From an uncultured delta proteobacterium (lineage in GTDB: Bacteria > Desulfobacterota > Syntrophorhabdia > Syntrophorhabdales > WCHB1-27): 64,000 bases of DNA. A model generated the notes under the pieces. It was not told the origin of the DNA and did not search any database. It saw only the letters and a list, made by a program, of their open reading frames with translations. The stretch spans positions 160,001-224,000 of the forward strand of contig CAWEPK010000008.1 in the NCBI GenBank assembly GCA_963810935.1. Reading direction: 5' to 3'. Each line of letters opens with the position of its first letter. The first letter of the stretch is position 1. Below are positions 50,351 to 60,036 of the stretch, piece after piece. A program made the translations under genes and the position numbers.

Positions 50351-50760
50351 TGACCGGGCCCAAACATACGAAAGGCGTTCTCTCGGAGATCAACATCATC
50401 CCCCTGGTCGATGTCATGCTCGTGCTGCTGATCGTCTTCATGATCGCCGCGCCCATGATGCAGCAGGGGCTTCCGATCAACCTCCCGAAGGTTACTTCCA
50501 AGCCCCTTCCCTCCAAGGAAGACGTCCAGGTGATAACGATCACCAAGAACCAGGTGCTCATACTCAATAACAGGACGATCGATGTGAAAGATCTCAAGAC
50601 CGCGATGGAGCTGCTCTTTACCAACAAGGCCGACAAGGAGATCTTCCTGAAAGCCGACAGCTCGGTCCCATACGGTTTTGTCGTCTCCTGCATGGGCATC
50701 ATCAGGGAGGCAGGGGTGGAGAAGGTCAACATCGTCACACGCCCCCTTAACGGGACATGA
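50347..50760 (+). CDS. tolR: TolR/ExbD
   Basis: EINIIPLVDVMLVLLIVFMIAAP, KAD..VPYG. Confidence 0.9.
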   Translation: MMTGPKHTKGVLSEINIIPLVDVMLVLLIVFMIAAPMMQQGLPINLPKVTSKPLPSKEDVQVITITKNQVLILNNRTIDVKDLKTAMELLFTNKADKEIFLKADSSVPYGFVVSCMGIIREAGVEKVNIVTRPLNGT

Positions 50761-51506
50761 GAGAAGAAAACTGGTATAAGATGCTGATCGCCTCGGCGAT
50801 CTTCCACGTCTTCCTCATCGGTGCCTTCAGTATACCCCTCAAGAAATCGTTCAAAAGGCCGGACATGTCCTATTACTCGGTAAACCTCGTCGGAGACCTA
50901 GGTGCGAGCATTCCCAAGGCGGCCCCGGCTGCGCCTGTAAAAGCACCGCCGGAGCCCGTAAAGAACATAAAGAAACCGGAGCCGAAAAAACCCGCAGAGA
51001 AGGAAAGGGTCGTCGCCAGGCCGAAGGAGAAATCCCTTGCGCCGGTCGTCAAGAAGAAGGATGCGCCCCTTACGAAAGACGAGGTAAGGACCCTGGACCA
51101 GCGGATCAGGGAGCTTAAGTCGCGCCAGTACATCGATATTGCCGGCAAGAAGGACGGCCCACCCGGAAGAATGCCCGGCATCCAGGGGGCGGGAATGGCT
51201 TCCGGCCCTGTAGATCCGGTCCTTCAAAAGTACTACGCGGACATCTGGGAGAAGATCCAGGAAAGCTGGCACTCCCCTAACATCACGCTGGGCAAGGGGC
51301 TCTTGACGGTCGTCTCCATAAAGATCAGGCGGGACGGCCGCATCACGGACTGGACGATCGAGCAACGGTCGGGTAACAGGGCATACGACGAATCGATCTC
51401 CAGGGCGCTCCGCTCCATAGACTCTTTGCCGCCCATCCCCGCTTCGCTCAACACGGACCTCATAGAAGTCGGGTTCAACTTCCATCCGCCGGGGGAAACC
51501 AGATGA
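50757..51506 (+). CDS. tolA: TolA/TonB-family energy transducer
   Basis: TM with S-x3-H, P/K-rich linker, C-terminal IQESW...RSGNRAYDES..RAL. Confidence 0.8.
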   Translation: MREENWYKMLIASAIFHVFLIGAFSIPLKKSFKRPDMSYYSVNLVGDLGASIPKAAPAAPVKAPPEPVKNIKKPEPKKPAEKERVVARPKEKSLAPVVKKKDAPLTKDEVRTLDQRIRELKSRQYIDIAGKKDGPPGRMPGIQGAGMASGPVDPVLQKYYADIWEKIQESWHSPNITLGKGLLTVVSIKIRRDGRITDWTIEQRSGNRAYDESISRALRSIDSLPPIPASLNTDLIEVGFNFHPPGETR

Positions 51507-52300
51507 CGACAGTCGAGAGCGTAGTAATGGGCGCCATCCAGGGCGTTACGGAATTTCTACCCATAAGCTCCAGCGCACACCTCGTAGTGGTGCCCTGGAT
51601 CTTCAAGATCGATGAGGGGAACGTCCATGGCATCACTTATGACGTGATGCTCCACTTCGGCACGCTGCTGGCCCTGCTGGCAGTCTATGCGCGGCGCCTC
51701 GTGAACATTATAGGCGACGACTTCCACATGGCGCAGCAGGGGGCCTTACGATACTGCCTGATACCGAAGCTCGTCGTGGGGACGATACCTGCAGCGATCC
51801 TGGGGTTGCTTTTCAAGGATATTATAGAGAAGCAGCTTCGTGCTCCCTACATAGTCATTTTCACCCTGACAGCCGTCTCATTGCTCATGCTGATTGCAGA
51901 ACGGGTGCACAGGACAAAAGCGGGCGGCGAGGGCGATATCTCGTATGGCCTCGCCTTTATCATCGGCATTGCCCAGGCCATAGCCCTGGTGCCCGGCATA
52001 TCGAGGAGCGGCATAACCATAACGGCCGCCATGCTCCTCGGCCTCAAGAGGAGCGACGCGGTCGATTTCTCGTTCCTCCTTTCCATCCCTATCGTGCTCG
52101 GCATCTCCCTCTACGAGGCCCGCCACGTGGTTCTCGGCGGGCAGCAGCTTTCCCTTTACCTTGCCGGTCTTCTCTCCGCTTTTGTTTTTGGGGTGGCGAG
52201 CCTGAAGTTCCTGATCGGTTACCTGCGGAAGCACTCTCTCGACGTCTTCGCCTATTACCGGCTGGCCCTCGCCGTCCTTATTGCCCTTCTTTTGGTCTAA
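51503..52300 (+). CDS. uppP: Undecaprenyl-diphosphate phosphatase
   Basis: QGVTEFLPISSSAH, HFGT, PGISRSG, FSFLLSIP, FAYYR. Confidence 0.95.
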   Translation: MTTVESVVMGAIQGVTEFLPISSSAHLVVVPWIFKIDEGNVHGITYDVMLHFGTLLALLAVYARRLVNIIGDDFHMAQQGALRYCLIPKLVVGTIPAAILGLLFKDIIEKQLRAPYIVIFTLTAVSLLMLIAERVHRTKAGGEGDISYGLAFIIGIAQAIALVPGISRSGITITAAMLLGLKRSDAVDFSFLLSIPIVLGISLYEARHVVLGGQQLSLYLAGLLSAFVFGVASLKFLIGYLRKHSLDVFAYYRLALAVLIALLLV

Positions 52301-53027
52301 AAAGCCCCTTGAGCGAGCCAAGAAGGCGGACAACCGCGTCTCTCCCGAAATAGAGGCAGGTCGAAAGGACGAGACTGCCGCCGAAGATCACCCAGAACGA
52401 GGCGAACTTGCCGTTCCTGATCGCGTCACCCTGCATGCATAGAAGGAAGGTGCCGGGCAGGCGGCCGAAAACGTTCATAAGTATCAAATCGAGGTACCGC
52501 ATCCGCGTAAGGCCGAGAAGGTAGCAGAGGGAGTCCTTGGGGAAGCCCGGTATGATGAAAAGGACGAACGTTATGTTCCGCGCCTTGTGCGAGGACATGA
52601 AGGAATCGAAGCGGTCGAAATATTCCTGCTTGACTATCTTGCGGACGAAGTCCGAGCCGAGGGAACGGGCAAAGTAAAAGGCGAGGAGCGCGCCGATGGT
52701 CAAGCCGACCGTTGAAAGGAGCGTCCCGTACAGCTTGCCGAAGAGAAGGCCGCCCACGAAGCCCGTAACCTCCCCCGGTATCGGGGCCACGACGACCTGG
52801 ACTATCTGGAGGACCGTAAACGCCAGCGCCGAATACGGGCCGAACGAGGCAAGGAATGCCTTCAGCTTCCTGCCCTCGAAGAAATACCTGAAGAAGTGGA
52901 ATACGTCCCTCCAGACCCCTTCCAGGTATATGTAGAACACGAGGCCGATCAGAAGTGCGGCCAGGACCGCGAGCAATATCTTTACGGTCCGGAACTGAAA
53001 CAGTGATTTCTCCTGGTCTTCACTCAT
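52278..53027 (-). CDS. TVP38/TMEM64 (DedA/SNARE-associated) membrane protein
   Basis: QVVVAPIPGE, GGLLFG, IPGFPKD, GRLPG. Confidence 0.88.
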   Translation of the reverse strand: MSEDQEKSLFQFRTVKILLAVLAALLIGLVFYIYLEGVWRDVFHFFRYFFEGRKLKAFLASFGPYSALAFTVLQIVQVVVAPIPGEVTGFVGGLLFGKLYGTLLSTVGLTIGALLAFYFARSLGSDFVRKIVKQEYFDRFDSFMSSHKARNITFVLFIIPGFPKDSLCYLLGLTRMRYLDLILMNVFGRLPGTFLLCMQGDAIRNGKFASFWVIFGGSLVLSTCLYFGRDAVVRLLGSLKGLFRPKEGQ

Positions 53028-53082
53028 GCGCGCGCCGCCGCTCCCCGGCCCGTCCCGGCGGCCATAGTTTGCCCAAGGGCAA

Positions 53083-53853
53083 TCACTTTCCGAATCTCCT
53101 GTTCCTGTGCTGATAACTCCTGATTGCCCTCAGGAAATCGATCTTCCTGAAAAGCGGCCATAAGGCGTCGCAAAAATAGAACTCGCTGTAAGCGCTCTGC
53201 CAGAGCAGGAAGCCCGAGAGGCGTACCTCGCCGCTCGTCCTGATGATAAGGTCGGGGTCCGGGATACCGCACGTATATAGATTATTTGCGATATCCTCCA
53301 CGCTCAGGCCTTCGATAAGCTCCTGCACGGACGACGCCTTTTTATCCATCAGCGCCTTCTTGGCCGCTTCAACGATCTCTTCCCTGCCGCCGTACCCGAC
53401 GGCGATATTCAGCATATGCCGGTCGAACTTTCCGGTCGACGCCTCGCACCGCGATATGGCCTCCTGGAGATCGGCCGGCAGGCCGTCCAGCTTGCCGAAC
53501 GCCTTTATCCTGAACCTGTTCTTCGCTATGACGGGGTTGTGGCTCAGGTCCTCCATCTTCTCCCTGATAATTGCGTAGAGGGAGTCGACCTCGTCCTTGC
53601 TCCTGTTGGTATTCTCGGGTGAAAGCACCCAGATCGTGACGATCCTGACGCCCAGGTCTGCGCACCATTGAAGCACATCGTCAAGCCGCCGGGCCCCTTC
53701 CCTGTGGCCGTCGGCAACGTCATCGAGCCGCATCTCCCTGGCGTAACGGCGGTTGCCGTCCAGGATAAGACCGAGGTGCGTAGGCAAAGCACGCCTCCTG
53801 ATCTTGCGGATAAGGCGCTTCTGATAGAGATAGTATAGGATTCCGTGAATCAA
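53083..53853 (-). CDS. cis-isoprenyl diphosphate synthase (UppS family)
   Basis: HLGLILDGNRR, SPENTNR, YGGREE, PDLIIRTSGEVRLSGFLLWQ. Confidence 0.92.
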   Translation of the reverse strand: MIHGILYYLYQKRLIRKIRRRALPTHLGLILDGNRRYAREMRLDDVADGHREGARRLDDVLQWCADLGVRIVTIWVLSPENTNRSKDEVDSLYAIIREKMEDLSHNPVIAKNRFRIKAFGKLDGLPADLQEAISRCEASTGKFDRHMLNIAVGYGGREEIVEAAKKALMDKKASSVQELIEGLSVEDIANNLYTCGIPDPDLIIRTSGEVRLSGFLLWQSAYSEFYFCDALWPLFRKIDFLRAIRSYQHRNRRFGK

Positions 53854-53978
53854 ATCGTAAAGATTATAACTAATTATACAGCCAAAGTAACTAGTTATTA
53901 GACGAGTAAAAGAGGCCGGGATCCTTGTCTTGCGGTATATACCGGAGCCGCACCTTAACGAAAAGAATGTACTGCGCG

Positions 53979-55190
53979 TTAAACGCGCAGTACATTCTGT
54001 CTACCCTGGTCGAGGAAATACCATACGGACAGATAATCGCGCATCTGCCTTGTAATGAGGAAATTATTCCTTACGTACTCCCTCCCCGCCGTGCCTATCG
54101 ACCTTCCCATCTCCGGGTCGTTCAGCAACTGGCGGATGCGGAAGGCGGCGCCCTCTATGGAATAGACGAGGAACCCCGTGACCCCGTGGATGATCTGTAA
54201 GGGTATCCCGCCGGCCGCCCCGCCGACTACGGGCCTCCCCTTCCACATCGCCTCCGACACGGTCAGTCCGAAGCCCTCACGAAGCGATTTCTGGAGGATC
54301 ACGTCGGCCGCGCGCTGAAGCGCGTTGATGTCCTTGTCGCTGAACGGCGGCAGAAGGAGTATGCGCAGGTCCGGGTCCCCTTTCCCGTATTCCCTCACCT
54401 CTGCCAGCACCTGCCCGCCCTCAGGGTCGTCGCTTGCCGGGCTGCCTGCCAGGATGAGGATGCAGTCGTTGTATTTTTTCACCATGCGGTACGCCTGGAT
54501 CACGCCCGTCGGGTCTTTGAAGCGGTCGAACCTAGACACTTGCAGGAGTATGGGCCTGTCCGTGCCTATGCCGAACCTGTCGAGGGTCTCATCGATCTCC
54601 TGCTGCGTCAGCTCCCTGTTTTTCTCGCTCACCGGGTCGATCGAAGGCGGTATGATGAACTCGTCGATGCCAAGGGCCTTCGAGAACCTGGGGATGGAAA
54701 AGACGGCGCTCTCATATTTCCGTGCATAGAAGCTGAGGAAATCGAATATCACCTTTTGCGGCTCCGACACGTCGATGTGGCATCGCCAGACCCAGTGTCC
54801 CCCTTTCCGGAACTCAATAAGAGGCGCCGGCTGCGGGTCGTGTATGAGCACCAGGTCGGCCTCCAGGTCCAATGTTTCGGAGTTACGCTTGCTTACCTCG
54901 AAGTAATGCTCCCACATGGCCTCCGTAATATTCTCGCTGTTGCCCTGCAGGGCGTTGTGGATCTTTTTCGTGATCTCGAAGAAGAAGGGGTCGCCCTCGA
55001 TGACCTCCCATTTGGCTTCGATGCCCATGCCGTCGAGGAGCGGCACCATCCTCTGTAATATTTCGGCTACGCCGCCCCCCTCGCGCGTCGAGTTTACGTG
55101 GAGGAACCGCTTGCCGTTGAATTTTTCGCACAGCCTTCTGATGAGCAGCAGGTCGCCTTTTGGCGCAATGCCGGCATAACGGGATATCAT
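53979..55190 (-). CDS. treT: Trehalose synthase TreT-like GT4
   Basis: HVNSTREGGGVAEIL, HNALQG, IHDPQP, WRCHID, SRFDRFKD, REGFGLTVSEAMWKG. Confidence 0.85.
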   Translation of the reverse strand: MISRYAGIAPKGDLLLIRRLCEKFNGKRFLHVNSTREGGGVAEILQRMVPLLDGMGIEAKWEVIEGDPFFFEITKKIHNALQGNSENITEAMWEHYFEVSKRNSETLDLEADLVLIHDPQPAPLIEFRKGGHWVWRCHIDVSEPQKVIFDFLSFYARKYESAVFSIPRFSKALGIDEFIIPPSIDPVSEKNRELTQQEIDETLDRFGIGTDRPILLQVSRFDRFKDPTGVIQAYRMVKKYNDCILILAGSPASDDPEGGQVLAEVREYGKGDPDLRILLLPPFSDKDINALQRAADVILQKSLREGFGLTVSEAMWKGRPVVGGAAGGIPLQIIHGVTGFLVYSIEGAAFRIRQLLNDPEMGRSIGTAGREYVRNNFLITRQMRDYLSVWYFLDQGRQNVLRV

Positions 55191-55858
55191 GATATGCCCC
55201 CTTCCATGTCGCTCTTGAGCTCACGCTCGACAAGATCGCTGATGATCTCCCTGATGCCCTCGATGCTGTGCATGAATGGGTCTATCGACCTCACCTTCCG
55301 GGCAAGCCCCACCTTGCCCAGGCCTTCCTCGAACCATTTCGAGAAGTCGTCCGTCTCCGCGTTAATGCGGCTCCTGGCCTCGTAGAAGTGAAAATAGACG
55401 CACCCCCGATCGACGTATTTCAGGGCCATGAGGAACTCGGCTAGATTACGTACCCTCACCCCCTCGAAAAATATGAATGAGACCGATTCGTTGAAATAGA
55501 ACTCCTCGCCGGGCATCACCGTCCTCGGCTCCGGAAATTGCTCCAGGTACCTGTCGATGACGCGCAGCAGCTCCTTGCGCACATCGCCGATCGATTTAAA
55601 GCTGTAAGGGTCGATGTTCGACAGGTGCTCGGAGAGGATGCTCTCTTCGAGGCTCTCACCCGCCCAGTGGGCGAAGTCGTTGGTGTATTCGAGCACGTGC
55701 CCTTTCAGGAAATACTGATAGGTGTGGTGGAAGATAGCTACGTCGCTTGCTAAGGAGATGCCTTCCCTAAGCTCGCGCGCATTACTGGCTTTCTTTCCCG
55801 TCGACTTGAGGATGCTGATCGTCTGCTGGAAATCGAACGGAGGTACCTGTCCTTCCAT
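55187..55858 (-). CDS. DUF5752 family protein (TreT-associated)
   Basis: Internal duplication of FHH...NDFAHW / YFHFYE...DDFSKW...IDP; coupled to treT. Confidence 0.8.
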   Translation of the reverse strand: MEGQVPPFDFQQTISILKSTGKKASNARELREGISLASDVAIFHHTYQYFLKGHVLEYTNDFAHWAGESLEESILSEHLSNIDPYSFKSIGDVRKELLRVIDRYLEQFPEPRTVMPGEEFYFNESVSFIFFEGVRVRNLAEFLMALKYVDRGCVYFHFYEARSRINAETDDFSKWFEEGLGKVGLARKVRSIDPFMHSIEGIREIISDLVERELKSDMEGGIS

Positions 55859-56888
55859 CGCGGGCCTCCTTCACATAAACCGTCTTTGTGGGGAACACTG
55901 TTTCTATTCCCTCAATGGAAAGCCTTCGGAGGATGCGTCTTCGCAACGCGCTTTTTACGCCGTACTGGTCAATAAACCGCTTCACCGAGAGATTGAGCGA
56001 GCACTCGACCCAGCTCTCAGCGGAGTCGAAGCTGACGGAAGGGACCTGCCCCTCAACGAGCCCCGGCAGCTCCGCCGCCGCCTTCTTCGCCTCTTCGACG
56101 AGCAGGGACTCGACCTTATCGTAATCGGCCCCGTAGGGCACGTGAACGGCCAGCGAGATCCACATTTCTTCCGCGGGAAGCGAGTAGTTGACAACTACAC
56201 TCTGGGCCAGCTTCTTGTTCGGTATCACGACCATGTTGTTGGCCGGCGTCTTTACCCTTGCAGTCCGCCAGGTGATGTCCTCCACGCACCCTTCCTGCCC
56301 CGACTCGAGCTTTACGAAGTCGCCCACCCGTATCGACTTCTCGACAAGCAGGTGGAAACCCGCGAAGAGGTTCGCCAGCGTATCCTGGAGTGCGAGGGCC
56401 ACGGCAAGGCCGCCGACGCCCATTGCAGTAAGGAGCGGGGCTATGGAGATGCCGAGCATGCCGAGGATGATTACGGCGCCCGTGATGATAATCGCTCCTT
56501 TCAGCACCGCGCCGGCCAGGCCTGTTGCAGAGATGGGAATGCCCAGCTTCTCGACTTCGGCGGCGAAGACCCCGCTGACCATGTTCGCCACCGCGAGGCT
56601 CACAGAGAGCACCAGGATCACGTATATCGCCCGGGTCACGTAGAAGACGTACTTGTCCGGCAGGTCGGAGACGGCCATGCCGAGGTAAAGGCCCGCAGCG
56701 ATGCACCAGTATACGGACGGTATCGACAGCGCCTGCCAGACGGGCTTGTAGAGGTTCAACCGGCCCTCGGCCCCGCCGGCCCACTTTTTGAAACACCTGA
56801 CCATGGCAGCCCTTACGGCGAGGAGCGCGAATGACGCGGCAGATGTGACAAGGACGGGCACTGCGATCACCCGCGCGCCGTTAGTCAT
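55782..56888 (-). CDS. MscS small-conductance mechanosensitive channel
   Basis: GVGGLAVALALQDTLANLFAG, IRVGD, IPN, VVVNYS. Confidence 0.92.
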   Translation of the reverse strand: MTNGARVIAVPVLVTSAASFALLAVRAAMVRCFKKWAGGAEGRLNLYKPVWQALSIPSVYWCIAAGLYLGMAVSDLPDKYVFYVTRAIYVILVLSVSLAVANMVSGVFAAEVEKLGIPISATGLAGAVLKGAIIITGAVIILGMLGISIAPLLTAMGVGGLAVALALQDTLANLFAGFHLLVEKSIRVGDFVKLESGQEGCVEDITWRTARVKTPANNMVVIPNKKLAQSVVVNYSLPAEEMWISLAVHVPYGADYDKVESLLVEEAKKAAAELPGLVEGQVPSVSFDSAESWVECSLNLSVKRFIDQYGVKSALRRRILRRLSIEGIETVFPTKTVYVKEARDGRTGTSVRFPADDQHPQVDGKESQ

Positions 56889-57940
56889 CCTTCCCCTCCT
56901 CGTGCCTGAATATGTCTATTATGGAGATGAAGACTGCCAGGACGAGCGGCCCCATAACCAGGCCTATGAGTCCGAACAGCTCCCACTCCGCCCAGGGCTC
57001 CGAAGAATATGGCGAGAAGCGGCATCCTCAGCCGGTTGCCGATGATGACGGGCCTTATGATATTGTCTATCACAGCGGTTGCGAAAGTCGCTACCAGAAA
57101 GAGGATGATCGCCTTCGAGAACGCTGCATGGAAAAGGAGCCAGAGTATCGCCGGTATCCAGACGACGGCCGATCCCACGATAGGAACGAACGAAGAGATC
57201 GCTATAGCCATCCCCCAGATGCCGGGTGCGTGAAGACCCACGAGGGCGAAGGACAACGACCCGACGCAGCCCAACGCCAGGCCCACCACTATCCCCCCGT
57301 ATATCGTAGAGATGACGATGTCTTTTACCTGCTTCGTCAGCCTTTCCCTGTGCGGCTTCGAAAAGGGCAGATAATCGCTCAGGCGGCCCAGGAGATAGGG
57401 GCCGTCCTGGAAGAAGAAAAAGAGAGAGAAGATCATAAGCAGGAAGTTGAAGCCCACTCCCATAACGTCGCCCAGCCTGCCGGGCACATATTCGAGCACC
57501 CGCTTTCCGAAGGAGGCAAGGCCGGAGAGGACCGACGCCTGGAACTCGGCCTGGCTCACACCGGAGAAGGAGAGTATCTTGTCCGTTACTTGCCTTACGA
57601 CCGGATGGTTGAAAAGGTCCGCGACCGACTTCATTTCTATCGGCCCGGTGGATATGCTCGCCAGCTCGACCGTCAGGATGTAGGCGAAATAGGAAAACGG
57701 ACCGAGGATAAGGATGCAGACGAGGATGACGGTCAACGTTGAGGCCAGTGACCGGAGACGGACGAACCTGAGTATTACCTGGTAAACGGGAAAGAAAACT
57801 ATGCAGAAAACGACCGCCCAGCTCAAGGGGGTAAGGAAGGGCAGCAGGATGCGATAGCAGAGGTAAGCGAGGAGGATCACCAGCGCCATGATGGTGTAGA
57901 AGGAGAACTGTTTTTCGCCCATACCGTTCGTGCTTCGCAT
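56881..57940 (-). CDS. AI-2E family transporter, +1 frameshift near 56982
   Basis: SFVPIVGSAVVWIP, IDNIIRP. Removing one G gives GGVELFGLIGLVMGP...GKDD*. Confidence 0.88.
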
Positions 57941-58017
57941 ATGGCCTTTTTAAAACATATCCTATGTAACGCCGCGATGCAAGGGAACGAGCATGCGCCG
58001 GCGCGGTGCACGTCGTG

Positions 58018-58719
58018 TTACAGGGGATCGATATGGTCCTCACCTTCCTCCCTTCCCTCTCCGATTTTCTTCGAAAGGTACGCCTTGATATACGGCTGCG
58101 CTGCAAACCCGAAGGCCAGGGCGAGCGCGAGGACGACGCCGCCGAATATGATGGCGAAAGCGATCAGCACGGAGAATCTACCTATGTCGAGCTGCTCCAG
58201 GGCCATCGTGACGGCAAAAACGACTATCGCTACGCGCGCCGCCCGCGCCAGGAGCCGCGCCTCACGCACACCGCTGTTGACCAGTGTGATGAGTATGGCC
58301 CTGGACAGGAAATTACCCAGGACCAGGCCGGCCGTCAGTATGAGCAGGGCGGCAAAGACATTCGGCAGGTAAAGGAAGAACCGGCCGAGTACGGCGTCGA
58401 TTACCGCCACGTGGAGAACGTTCAGCGCCATTACTGCGAAGATAAGGACGGTCAGCCAGGAGACGAGGCGGGCCAGCTCGGCAGAGACGGGCCTTCTGAC
58501 CCCTCCACGCGCAAGGACCTCCCTGATGCCCGCGTTGTCCCAGAACCTGTCAACGTTAACGGCCCTGAAGGCCCGAAGGGCGATGAAGGCCAGGAGCTTT
58601 GCAAGGGCCAGGCCCGCCGCAAAAAGGACGAGGGCAACCAGGAGGTTCGGCAGGAACTCTATGAGCCTCCTGTAGAACACTGCGCCCATCTCCATCATCC
58701 CCGATCCTGCTTCGTGCAT
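58018..58719 (-). CDS. CmpX-like TM-helix protein (mechanosensitive-channel associated)
   Basis: Two FLPN/YLPN repeats; ALALAFGF; GGAGG SD. Confidence 0.75.
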   Translation of the reverse strand: MHEAGSGMMEMGAVFYRRLIEFLPNLLVALVLFAAGLALAKLLAFIALRAFRAVNVDRFWDNAGIREVLARGGVRRPVSAELARLVSWLTVLIFAVMALNVLHVAVIDAVLGRFFLYLPNVFAALLILTAGLVLGNFLSRAILITLVNSGVREARLLARAARVAIVVFAVTMALEQLDIGRFSVLIAFAIIFGGVVLALALAFGFAAQPYIKAYLSKKIGEGREEGEDHIDPL

Positions 58720-59993
58720 GAGGACACCTCCCCATTCGGCTCCCAATTGCTTACGAGGAAGGGCTTCTTCTCCTCGAAGGCCAGGCAGAGCCGCTCTATC
58801 CTCTCTTCAACCGCGGCGATATCGTCATCGCGCGTATCGATCACGAAAGAAGCCGTCCTGCCCATATACAGGGTTGTAAGCGACTTCAACAGGTGCTCCT
58901 TATTAATGACCTTGCGGTGGTCGCTGATCGCCGACCTGTAAACGATCTCGGTCCACAGGTCGTCGGGCAGAGAAAACTCTTTCTCATCCAGAGACGCCAG
59001 CCGCCTGAGGGACGATACTATCTCTTTACCGAGGATCATCTGCCACAGGTCGGCAAGTTCCTGCGCACCAAGCCTAAACCTCTCTATCATGGCCCGTACG
59101 TTGACCGCCAGGGGTTCGACGGACGTCTCGCGGACGACGCCGAACGTCTGCACCTGTTCTGCGGCCACAACCTCTTTCCAGACGCTCGCGTAGGTCTCCA
59201 TCAGATCGAAAGCAGCGCCGACGACCTGGTAGAGCATCGTCGAGAGATGGGCGCCGGGGTCCTTCGGGTCGTGTACCTTCGACCCCAGGAACGACTGACA
59301 AACCCGGAAGCCCTCGACAATGGCCGTAGTCGTTACCCATACGTCTATCCCGAAGCGGGCCACGTTCGATTCCCACACATCGCCCTTTGACAGATAGAAC
59401 CGCGCGAGGCGGCCCGAGAAGCCGAAATCGCCGCCTATGGGCTGCCGCACGCATTTCCCGTAGAGCGCCCTGGTCAAGGGATAGACGATGCTGTTCGTGA
59501 TGGTGCCGTCGTATTTGTGCCTCCTGTAAAGAGGCGCTACATAATCGAAGCCGCCGTCCATCACCGGACCTATCAGGAGCTCTATCCATTCGGGGATGAT
59601 GCTCCGCAAGTCCGCATCGACCACCGCGCAGGCCGACACCCCGAGGTCGTACGCGACTTCAAGGATCGTCCTTACCGCACTCCCCTTCCCCGGTATGCCC
59701 TGATACTGCGTGGACATCGTGAAGGTCCCGGGCAGGCCGGGCGCCGGGTCCGCCTCTTCCGCGCGCGCCTGTTCCACCAGACCGGGTGTCCCGTCCACAG
59801 AGCCGCCGTCTGCGTTTACGATCACCGATCTGGCAACCGGGTAATGGACGGCAAGCCCGGCACGGACTGTATCGACGACATGGCGTATAGTGCCTGCATT
59901 GTTGTAACTCGGTATACCGACCACTATGTCGGCATGGCCTATCTCCTGCACCTTTTTCAGTGCTTCTTCACACAGGACACCGTTCTTCATCAC
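58695..59993 (-). CDS. GT-A glycosyltransferase, glucosylglycerate synthase (Ggs)/MgS-like
   Basis: VVGIPSYNN, DGGSVDGT, GKGSA, VDADLRS, RQPIGGDFG, FGIDVW; located next to gpgS. Confidence 0.65.
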   Translation of the reverse strand: MMKNGVLCEEALKKVQEIGHADIVVGIPSYNNAGTIRHVVDTVRAGLAVHYPVARSVIVNADGGSVDGTPGLVEQARAEEADPAPGLPGTFTMSTQYQGIPGKGSAVRTILEVAYDLGVSACAVVDADLRSIIPEWIELLIGPVMDGGFDYVAPLYRRHKYDGTITNSIVYPLTRALYGKCVRQPIGGDFGFSGRLARFYLSKGDVWESNVARFGIDVWVTTTAIVEGFRVCQSFLGSKVHDPKDPGAHLSTMLYQVVGAAFDLMETYASVWKEVVAAEQVQTFGVVRETSVEPLAVNVRAMIERFRLGAQELADLWQMILGKEIVSSLRRLASLDEKEFSLPDDLWTEIVYRSAISDHRKVINKEHLLKSLTTLYMGRTASFVIDTRDDDIAAVEERIERLCLAFEEKKPFLVSNWEPNGEVSSCTKQDRG

Positions 59994-60036
59994 TTCTTCC
60001 GGCCGATGGGCCCGCTTCCCCGGAGGACCGGCTGCC

